This document shows positions 56,543-63,661 of a stretch of DNA of 64,000 bases, one piece after another (the first letter of the stretch is position 1; each line of letters starts with the position of its first letter). The notes under the pieces are model-generated. The model was not told where the DNA came from and did no database searches. It saw only the letters and a program-made list of their open reading frames with translations. Origin of the DNA: a virus; IMG/VR virus record IMGVR_UViG_3300045988_105796; one strand, 5' to 3'. The translations under genes were made by a program, and so were the position numbers.

Positions 56543-56908
56543 TTACTTAACTTGTTTTAGAGTGAGTTCGTAAGTTGAATCATTATGTTCAATAGGAATA
56601 GAAGGTTCTTCATCTAAGTAGAAGTCTTCCCAGTCTCCATCCTGTAAAGAATCCAGATCATGGTATTCTTGAGTAGTTTGGATATATTTCCAGTACTCCT
56701 TAGGAGATTGTTTATAGACTAACCATAGGAGATCCATTTCAGCTCCTCGTAGTCTTCTTTGAATTGCAGTGTTTTCTTTCTCCTGTCGAGTTTCTTCCCA
56801 TGCTTTGGAAAGTCTTCCTGAATAGAAAGCTGCAGTTAGTGAATTACCAAGGATAATACCCATGAAACCTGAGATCAGGATAGTTTTTGTTTTTGTACTC
56901 TTTTTCAT
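56543..56908 (-). CDS. Type II (N-terminal TM anchor) membrane protein
   Basis: MKKSTKTKTILISGFMGIILGNSLTAAFY, followed by a charged soluble domain. Its stop lies one nt from the lipoprotein start. Confidence 0.6.
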   Translation of the reverse strand: MKKSTKTKTILISGFMGIILGNSLTAAFYSGRLSKAWEETRQEKENTAIQRRLRGAEMDLLWLVYKQSPKEYWKYIQTTQEYHDLDSLQDGDWEDFYLDEEPSIPIEHNDSTYELTLKQVK

Positions 56909-56944
56909 AATTGACTATATTAAAATTATTATTTTATTAATTCG

Positions 56945-56978
56945 TTGCAAAATTACTATTTTATTTTTATATATGCAA
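56945..56978 (-). promoter_or_regulatory. Bacteroidota-type promoter cassette
   Basis: The minus strand reads TTGCATATATAAAAATAAAATAGTAATTTTGCAA, spacing 28 nt. Confidence 0.6.
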
Positions 56979-56991
56979 CTTTTTTATAAAA

Positions 56992-57327
56992 TTATTTATC
57001 CTCAGCTGAAGCTAGTTTGCATAGCTCTAATTTGATAACTCTGGAGCCATTGATGTTATTTTTTAAGAAGAGAGTTGATATTAATAGCTCCTCCTCAGGA
57101 AAGATCATTTGGATAAGTACTCCAGGTAGTACTAAAGTAGGTTCTGATCCAGGATAATTCTCTTTAATGTTATCTATAATCGCATGCGCCTGCTTTTGTT
57201 CAGTAGTAGTATTATCTACTATGATGGAAGGTGTTCTTAAAGCATCTACTATACATTTCTGTATATCTTTTAAGAATTCATTCTTAGCTTCTACATAAGA
57301 AGCCTCTACATTTACTTTTGTTATCAT
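56992..57327 (-). CDS. Hypothetical early protein
   Basis: 111-aa ORF. Confidence 0.55.
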   Translation of the reverse strand: MITKVNVEASYVEAKNEFLKDIQKCIVDALRTPSIIVDNTTTEQKQAHAIIDNIKENYPGSEPTLVLPGVLIQMIFPEEELLISTLFLKNNINGSRVIKLELCKLASAEDK

Positions 57328-57332
57328 ATTTA

Positions 57333-58295
57333 TTAATTTAGAAAATTTTCAACTGAAAAACTGTTATCTTCATCCTTGATCTCTTCAGCTTCGTCATACT
57401 GGGTTAGCTCTGGATCAGGTTCATCAGGATCTATTCTCATTTCTATTTCTCTACGCATAGCATGATGATCATATTCTGCTGCTTCTAAAGCTTTTTGCAT
57501 ATTATCCGTAGATTTAGTGATAGCCCTTACATCTATCTTATCTCCTAAACCTTCTTTAGAAGTATCTACTCCCTGCTGTTTAACTGCTACTACTTCAGGT
57601 AGACCTGATAAATCATATTTAGCTTCTATTAGCTTAGCTTGTTCTGACTTATCTAATTCTTTACCATTGTCTTCTAGTATCTTTAGTACATCTTCTGTAG
57701 TAACAAATTGAGCAGTTACTTCATTATTCTCTTGATGAAGTACATTTAATATATTTGTAGTAGATCCATTACCTAAGAATTTAGATACTACTGATTGGAA
57801 ACTAGCACTACTATCCAAGCCCATCTTAAGAGCCTTATTTAACTCAGCAGATATGAAAGGTTTATAAGTCCCTCCCTGTGATTTCATCAATAGATTTATT
57901 TGAGCATTGATCTTCATTCTATCCTCCATAGACCAAGAGATCATCTGTCCAAACATACCTTCTACTATTTGCTGTTGCTTATCAGTATCCCAGATTTTAG
58001 ATTCTAGAAGATTATCCCTCATTCTAATTCTAATTTCATCTACAGATACATCTATGCTTCTAGCAAAATCATATATGTCTATAGGAGCGCCATTAATAGT
58101 ACCATTTGACATCAACCATAGATTGATCATGAACTTCTTTACGTTAGCCATAGATTCCTCTGATTGAGTTATACGAGCTTCTGTAACTAAAGCAGTTAAC
58201 CCATTAGGTCTAGGCATTCTGTAAGTAACTTCTGACAAATTCTTCGGCTTCTTTACGATGTCTCCATTCGAATCTGATGTCTGTGATTTCTTCAT
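57333..58295 (-). CDS. Hypothetical protein with an acidic C-terminus; the start codon is uncertain
   Basis: 320-aa ORF. The annotated start overlaps the upstream ORF by 86 nt. An internal Met (MPRPNG, start near 58217) would cut the overlap to 8 nt. Confidence 0.55.
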   Translation of the reverse strand: MKKSQTSDSNGDIVKKPKNLSEVTYRMPRPNGLTALVTEARITQSEESMANVKKFMINLWLMSNGTINGAPIDIYDFARSIDVSVDEIRIRMRDNLLESKIWDTDKQQQIVEGMFGQMISWSMEDRMKINAQINLLMKSQGGTYKPFISAELNKALKMGLDSSASFQSVVSKFLGNGSTTNILNVLHQENNEVTAQFVTTEDVLKILEDNGKELDKSEQAKLIEAKYDLSGLPEVVAVKQQGVDTSKEGLGDKIDVRAITKSTDNMQKALEAAEYDHHAMRREIEMRIDPDEPDPELTQYDEAEEIKDEDNSFSVENFLN

Positions 58296-58536
58296 ATTTT
58301 ATAAATTTTAGTTTTCTTGTAAGATACATACTAAGGTGACTAATCCATTGGATAGCTATCCACTGATCTTCTCCCTTATTTATTATTATCATAGTCTGCC
58401 CAGAAACTCTATCCCTATTATAGGAAGAGGATTTGCAATTTTTATAGGCATTAACAGGAAAATCCAGGGTTAATTTATAACCCGGGATTACCTTAAAAAT
58501 ATTGCCTAAAAGATCTAAAATATTATCTTCAGCCAT
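58210..58536 (-). CDS. Hypothetical protein
   Basis: 108-aa ORF. Its 3' part overlaps the next ORF. Confidence 0.45.
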   Translation of the reverse strand: MAEDNILDLLGNIFKVIPGYKLTLDFPVNAYKNCKSSSYNRDRVSGQTMIIINKGEDQWIAIQWISHLSMYLTRKLKFIKYEEITDIRFEWRHRKEAEEFVRSYLQNA

Positions 58537-58560
58537 AATGTTGTCTCGTTATATAGGGAT

Positions 58561-58914
58561 TTAACGCCTTTTAGAGTTATCATCAATAAACTTTTGGATG
58601 ACTGGATAGTGCTTTGTTCTATATGGAACTACTACTTTTGCATAGAACATATTCCATAATCTATCGGTTAAGTTCTTTTTACAGAGCTGGTACCTTCTGG
58701 CAGATAAATATTTATAGAAGATTTCCATTTCCTTTACCAGTTCCTTAAAACATTTATAAGGAATTCCTCCTGGCAATTGAGGATTATATTTTGGGTGATA
58801 TTGGATCTTTTCTAGAAAATCTTTCTTTAGTTGACTTATAAACTCAACCCTATTAAATTCATAATTACTTTGATCCATTCTAAATATGCTGATGTAGTTT
58901 TCTGTACTTAACAT
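58561..58914 (-). CDS. Hypothetical protein
   Basis: 117-aa ORF. Confidence 0.55.
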   Translation of the reverse strand: MLSTENYISIFRMDQSNYEFNRVEFISQLKKDFLEKIQYHPKYNPQLPGGIPYKCFKELVKEMEIFYKYLSARRYQLCKKNLTDRLWNMFYAKVVVPYRTKHYPVIQKFIDDNSKRR

Positions 58915-59333
58915 AAGTCTATCTTAAATTTAGTATTATTATAATCGTTCATTAATTCGATCTCTTGCCCTACTTTTAGGATTTGAAATAAATATCCTCG
59001 GTATAAATCTTCATAATAGGAATCCCAGGTTATATCTTTAATCCTAAAAGGTTTTAGAGGCTTAAGTTTAGGAACTCCTGTGATATATAAAATATGAGTA
59101 AAATCTAATGTTTTTCCCATACCTATTTCTACTGAGGATATATCCCTTATCTTTATAGGTATATAATAATCTGGAAGATACCTATTTATATCCTGGAACT
59201 TATTACCTTTTTCATCTTCCAGGGTAAATCCTAAAGAACCTATCTCTAAAGGAGTTTTAATAAGTTCTCCTTCAAGGTAAAAGTCTAACTTACTTTTTCC
59301 TACGTACTGTTTTCTTACTATGTCTGTGTACAT
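58908..59333 (-). CDS. Hypothetical protein
   Basis: 141-aa ORF. Confidence 0.55.
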   Translation of the reverse strand: MYTDIVRKQYVGKSKLDFYLEGELIKTPLEIGSLGFTLEDEKGNKFQDINRYLPDYYIPIKIRDISSVEIGMGKTLDFTHILYITGVPKLKPLKPFRIKDITWDSYYEDLYRGYLFQILKVGQEIELMNDYNNTKFKIDLC

Positions 59334-59589
59334 GTTCTTTTCCTTTTACAAGTTCTTCTAAAGTATCTTTTACCATAGCTTGAACTAATAAGTTAACTGG
59401 TAGATTAAAATATATCTCTATGTTCTTGTAAGAGATATAATGATTAAAGAGTTTATCGAATTTCTTTCTCTTACTTATTTTTAGGCCTTTAGAAACCAAA
59501 TAGGTTTTTATGCACCTTTTATATAGGTCTAGTAATTCTTCCCTATATCTTTTAATTACCTTTTCAGGTAAATTAGGATATTGCTGCAT
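59290..59589 (-). CDS. Hypothetical basic protein
   Basis: 99-aa ORF overlapping the next ORF by 44 nt. Confidence 0.5.
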   Translation of the reverse strand: MQQYPNLPEKVIKRYREELLDLYKRCIKTYLVSKGLKISKRKKFDKLFNHYISYKNIEIYFNLPVNLLVQAMVKDTLEELVKGKEHVHRHSKKTVRRKK

Positions 59590-59605
59590 GGACTATAATT
59601 AAATT

Positions 59606-59636
59606 AACAAAGGGAGGGCCTTATTTCATCCCTCCC
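59606..59636 (-). terminator. Hairpin terminator
   Basis: Perfect stem GGGAGGG / CCCTCCC, followed on the minus strand by TTTGTT. Confidence 0.5.
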
Positions 59637-59673
59637 TACTAAGAATATGATTAAATTCCTCCTTCCTTAGTTT

Positions 59674-60108
59674 TTAAGCAATCTGTTCTGGTTTTAGTAC
59701 TTGAGCCTTGAATGTTTCGTATTCCTTGTTAGCCTTCTTCCATTCCTTGGAATTTTGATCCTTAATTCTTGAAAGGGCTAATTCCAATCGGTGGAGTTCG
59801 TTACGAGTTTTCTGTCTCCAGGTCTTCCTTGCAAGAGTATCTACTACATCCTCTGGGTATTTGTATTTAACCTGTCGGTGAGCAATTACTTCCTCCATGA
59901 TGTTAACTTTCTGTTGATCTGCAACTTCCTGGGTTAACTTCTTCTTAAGGACAACTTCCTTAGATTTCTTTTCCTTCTTAGGTTCTTCTTCCTTAGAAGC
60001 CTTAACCTTTTTGGTTTTCTTTTCCTTCTTAGAAGCCTTAACTTCGTTAGAAACTTGGTTTTTGTTCTCTGCCTTGAGGATAACTTCCTCTTTCGAATTC
60101 TTTTTCAT
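59674..60108 (-). CDS. Lysine-rich (histone H1-like composition) protein
   Basis: KASKKEKKTKKVKASKEEEPKKEKKSKEVVLKKK, followed by a KYKYP motif and a basic helix. Confidence 0.6.
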   Translation of the reverse strand: MKKNSKEEVILKAENKNQVSNEVKASKKEKKTKKVKASKEEEPKKEKKSKEVVLKKKLTQEVADQQKVNIMEEVIAHRQVKYKYPEDVVDTLARKTWRQKTRNELHRLELALSRIKDQNSKEWKKANKEYETFKAQVLKPEQIA

Positions 60109-60155
60109 AATTGACTATATTAAAAATGAATAATTAAATATTTTGTTTTATCTAT

Positions 60156-60190
60156 TTGCAAAATTAATACTTTATTTTTAATCGTGCAAA
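60156..60190 (-). promoter_or_regulatory. Bacteroidota-type promoter cassette
   Basis: The minus strand reads TTTGCACGATTAAAAATAAAGTATTAATTTTGCAA, spacing 28 nt. Confidence 0.6.
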
Positions 60191-60289
60191 TAAAATCATT
60201 AAAAATTTAATAAAAGCTAAGGTTCTATGGGTAGTTATGGTAGGAACTACAAATACAGGGTATAACCATTTAGATTATACCCTGATAAT

Positions 60290-60565
60290 TTATCCTATAT
60301 CAAATCCTTCATATTTAACTTTAGATTTGATCAAATTGTTTTGGATCCAAACTCCTTTACTCTTAGAACTATCTAAGTCTCTAAACATTTCCTTACTAAC
60401 TCCATAATATTTATATAAGCTATATTTCTTAGTAGATGTGCCAAAGATTACATATAATATATTATCTTTCCATGCGTATCCACTTATACGGGTAGAATTG
60501 AGACATTCTCTAAAGGATAGTCCTAAAGAATTACCTACATATCTTACAAAATCTTTTCTTGTCAT
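60290..60565 (-). CDS. KTSC-domain protein
   Basis: STRISGYAWKDNILYVIFGTSTKKYSLYKYYGVSKEMFRDLDSSKSKGVWIQNNL fits the KTSC pattern (I..xGY....L.V.F.....Y.Y.gV....f..l....SkG.). Confidence 0.55.
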   Translation of the reverse strand: MTRKDFVRYVGNSLGLSFRECLNSTRISGYAWKDNILYVIFGTSTKKYSLYKYYGVSKEMFRDLDSSKSKGVWIQNNLIKSKVKYEGFDIG

Positions 60566-60948
60566 ACTTGTGATAATGTAAACTCTGGGTGAAACTTTTT
60601 CATTTGAGCATGTATTTCACTCCATGCTCCAAATACTCCTTCAGAATTATCAATCATCCATACATCTTCCATTCTGTAAAGAATATGAGAGCAGATGAGT
60701 AATTGATATTCGCTTAACATTCGTATCATAGTAGGCATCTCAGTCATTTGAAGATATAGAGATCTTAGAGTTTCTACAGCCTCATCCCATTGACTTTCTG
60801 AAGGAATTTCTAGATACTGAAAAGCTAGATCATCAGGTATACTACGATCTTGAGCAATAGTCATAATTGCCTCTAGTTGTATAGAGGCAATGTTAGAAAT
60901 GATTTTTTCGGTTGGCTTATCCATTACGTGAATTGTTGTAAATTTCAT
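60562..60948 (-). CDS. Hypothetical protein
   Basis: 128-aa ORF. Confidence 0.55.
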   Translation of the reverse strand: MKFTTIHVMDKPTEKIISNIASIQLEAIMTIAQDRSIPDDLAFQYLEIPSESQWDEAVETLRSLYLQMTEMPTMIRMLSEYQLLICSHILYRMEDVWMIDNSEGVFGAWSEIHAQMKKFHPEFTLSQV

Positions 60949-61771
60949 TCATCTTATCCTTTATAGTGTCTGGGAATTTTACATCCTTAAACCATCTGAT
61001 AAAGAATTTACTTGGTTTCTTCTCTGGGTTATTTAATAACTGCCTAATCTCGGTAGAGAACTTAAGTCTTTCAGATTCTATCATGAAAGCAGGGTATTTG
61101 GTAAATCCTACTTTAGAGAATGATAAAGTGTTAGAACTGGTCTTCGCTACCTTGAGAGGCTTTCTACGTTCTTTATAAAGGTAAGGAACTACCTTCTTAT
61201 TTGGGCCATTGATGATACTAAAACCAAATATGATCTGAGGATCAAATTTATCTGCCTTAGGATCTTTAGCTCTCTTAATCTGCCTTACCATCCATGAATA
61301 AGAATTAAGATATTGGCCATTATCGTTAGGTTCTCCAACATCTTTCTTATTAAATTCAAATTCTGGGAAGTGTAGCTTAAACTCTTCTGTAAGGATAAAT
61401 ACAAAACCTATACCTCTTAGGTATGTTACTATCTCTCCCTGAGATTTACCTTCAGATACCATCTTTTCAACATCTGCTAAAATATCTTCTCTTGGAGATT
61501 CTAATTCCTTTACAACAGATGATGTAGGTCTACCTCTTCCTACATTTTCCTTTATAGGTAGAGTACCAGAAAGACCGTCTAAGTATCTCTTAAAGTTTTC
61601 AATATCTTGTTTGTTCTCAAGAGTTACTTCAACTCTTATAGGACCTTTATGCTGAACCTTTGGTCCTGTATTAAGCTCTGTATAGGCATCTACCAATCTA
61701 TCAGATACTGGGCAACCATTTTCTGATAAAAGAGTGATTCTGAGCTTTGGCTTAAAAATTTCTTTTTCCAT
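60917..61771 (-). CDS. Hypothetical protein with an AT-hook-like motif
   Basis: VGRGRPTSS has the GRP core of an AT-hook. The ORF is 284 aa. Confidence 0.55.
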   Translation of the reverse strand: MEKEIFKPKLRITLLSENGCPVSDRLVDAYTELNTGPKVQHKGPIRVEVTLENKQDIENFKRYLDGLSGTLPIKENVGRGRPTSSVVKELESPREDILADVEKMVSEGKSQGEIVTYLRGIGFVFILTEEFKLHFPEFEFNKKDVGEPNDNGQYLNSYSWMVRQIKRAKDPKADKFDPQIIFGFSIINGPNKKVVPYLYKERRKPLKVAKTSSNTLSFSKVGFTKYPAFMIESERLKFSTEIRQLLNNPEKKPSKFFIRWFKDVKFPDTIKDKMNEIYNNSRNG

Positions 61772-61783
61772 ATATGTTTAGAT

Positions 61784-61815
61784 AAAAAAAGGCAGAGACC
61801 TTAGATCCCTGCCTT
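61784..61815 (-). terminator. Rho-independent terminator
   Basis: Stem AAGGCAG / CTGCCTT, followed on the minus strand by TTTTTTT. Confidence 0.6.
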
Positions 61816-61837
61816 AGTTAGTGAGGGTTATATGTGA

Positions 61838-62467
61838 TTAATCCTCTTCTTTCTTAACCTTCTTCTTAGATTTCTTCTCTACCTTAGCTTCTTTAGAAAC
61901 CTTCTTAACCTTCTTAGTCTCTTTTACTGGAGCCTCCTTAGTTTTCTTAGAAGCCTTTGACTTCTTCTCTGGATTCTCTCCCTGAGCAAGTTTACGTTGC
62001 TCGATACGGTACTTCTTCTTCTGATCAGGAGACATCTCCTTACCATTTACCAAAGGATAGTCATACTTGAGAACTCGAGATTTTCTTTCTTTCTTCTCTT
62101 TGGTTTTAGCCTTAGCTTCCTTTGAAGAAATGTCTTTGGCCTCTTTTACTGGTTTCTTCTTAGATTCCTTCTTAGTGAGAGAAGCTTTCTTAAGCTCCTT
62201 CTCTGCTGCCTTAATAGCAGCCTTCTTTTCTTTCTTTGCCATAATTGCTTTCAAATGTTTAGTTTGATTTTTAATATCTAATTGAGGATATATCTTTTCT
62301 ATCTTTTGCCTCTCTTTAGTTAATTTCATGAGAAGCATAGAAAACTCTTTCCCATATTTAGGATGTTTTGAATAATCCTTCATAGGATTGAGATTATGAT
62401 CCTTAAGAAATTTAAGGATTGCTGCTTTAGCTTCCCTAATTTCTGGTGATTTGAATTGTCTCTTCAT
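61838..62467 (-). CDS. Lysine-rich (histone H1-like composition) protein
   Basis: Long KKEKKAAIKAAEKELKK... and KKSKASKKTKEAPVKETKKVKKVSKEAKVEKKSKKKVKK tracts flank a KYDYP motif. Confidence 0.6.
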   Translation of the reverse strand: MKRQFKSPEIREAKAAILKFLKDHNLNPMKDYSKHPKYGKEFSMLLMKLTKERQKIEKIYPQLDIKNQTKHLKAIMAKKEKKAAIKAAEKELKKASLTKKESKKKPVKEAKDISSKEAKAKTKEKKERKSRVLKYDYPLVNGKEMSPDQKKKYRIEQRKLAQGENPEKKSKASKKTKEAPVKETKKVKKVSKEAKVEKKSKKKVKKEED

Positions 62468-62525
62468 CTTTCTTAGGATTTTAATAATTTATAGCTAAAT
62501 CCTTGAATTCTTAGGCAAGTGTTTT

Positions 62526-62894
62526 CTAAGATTTTTCTAATATCTGGGTAAATTCATGGTGATATTTTAATATCTCTATTCTTTGCCCTGTAGATGTAGC
62601 TACCATCCTATAGATATTTTCTATATCCTCTTCTGTTAAATTTACAAAGGTACCTTTATCAGGTTTACCATTTACTAATATATCTACTGTAATAATCTCT
62701 CCTCGGATTTTATCAGAAAGCTTCTTGATTTTATGTACTATCTTACCTTTAGCTCCTATATACTGAATCCTCAAAGATTGAGCTGCTCTATTAGATCCAT
62801 TCTTGATAGCCCTAAGATAATTTTTATGTATTACCTCTAATTGAGCTATATGATCTTTAATATCGATTATGTTTGATTTTATAGTTGATTCCAC
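62526..62894 (-). CDS. Hypothetical protein
   Basis: 122-aa ORF. Confidence 0.55.
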   Translation of the reverse strand: MESTIKSNIIDIKDHIAQLEVIHKNYLRAIKNGSNRAAQSLRIQYIGAKGKIVHKIKKLSDKIRGEIITVDILVNGKPDKGTFVNLTEEDIENIYRMVATSTGQRIEILKYHHEFTQILEKS

Positions 62895-63073
62895 TTTGGC
62901 TTATTTTTCTGTGAGTTAATTTCTTTTATGATTTCATAGGCAATAGATATACAAGTTTCAAGATAATTCTTATCCTCTTGGGCAATTTCCTTATTTTCTA
63001 GTGCAATAGAATAAGTATTTATTAAGTTATCTAGTGCAATTATTATAAGGTTTCTTTTGATATCCTCTTCCAT
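62879..63073 (-). CDS. Hypothetical protein
   Basis: 64-aa ORF. Confidence 0.5.
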   Translation of the reverse strand: MEEDIKRNLIIIALDNLINTYSIALENKEIAQEDKNYLETCISIAYEIIKEINSQKNKPKWNQL

Positions 63074-63087
63074 CGGTTATTATACTT

Positions 63088-63119
63088 AATAAAAGCCAGC
63101 TCCTGGATGAAGCTGGCTT
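63088..63119 (-). terminator. Rho-independent terminator
   Basis: Perfect 9-bp stem AAGCCAGCT / AGCTGGCTT, followed on the minus strand by TTTTATT. Confidence 0.6.
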
Positions 63120-63158
63120 AACCTTTTAGCAAACAGTTTTGAAAGTTGGTGTTAAGGA

Positions 63159-63536
63159 TTAATCCTCATCTTCCTCCTCTTCTTCAGCCTCTGAACCTTC
63201 CTTCTTAGACTTCTGAGCAGTAAGATTACCATGACCTTTCTTTGCCTTAACTACCAAGTTACCTGGTACGAAAGACTCTGATACTGCTACTGGGTTACCC
63301 TCCTTGTCAAAAGCAACTGTAGTTACCATGCAACCAATTGAACGGAGCTTTACCTTTACAGGAGTAGCATACTTCTTAACGAGTACTGTACCATCCTCTG
63401 CAAGGATAACATCGATTTGCTTACCATTTGGACGTTGGCCTGCTGGACGATTCTTAATAGCTTCTAGACGAGCTTTCTTCTTAGCTGCCTTCTCTTCTGC
63501 AGATACTTCTGCCTTCTTTGCTGTTTTCTTTGCCAT
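63159..63536 (-). CDS. Small protein with a basic N-terminus, a beta-rich core and a poly-Glu/Asp tail. Candidate nucleic-acid-binding protein.
   Basis: MAKKTAKKAEVSAEEKAAKKKARLEAIKNRPAGQRPNGK ... GSEAEEEEEDED. The codon usage is visibly more GC-rich, like the capsid genes. Confidence 0.6.
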   Translation of the reverse strand: MAKKTAKKAEVSAEEKAAKKKARLEAIKNRPAGQRPNGKQIDVILAEDGTVLVKKYATPVKVKLRSIGCMVTTVAFDKEGNPVAVSESFVPGNLVVKAKKGHGNLTAQKSKKEGSEAEEEEEDED

Positions 63537-63620
63537 AATTTAATTTGTTTGAAATGTTATTAAAACTACTAACTTATAACTTTTTGATAAATGTGAATAT
63601 GATATTCTATAGTAAGTTAA

Positions 63621-63653
63621 AGAAAGTAGTCAGAATTTACCTAACTACTTTCT
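63621..63653 (-). terminator. Hairpin after the acidic-repeat gene (weak terminator)
   Basis: Perfect 10-bp stem AGAAAGTAGT / ACTACTTTCT. The T-tract is poor. Confidence 0.4.
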
Positions 63654-63661
63654 AAGAGTTT

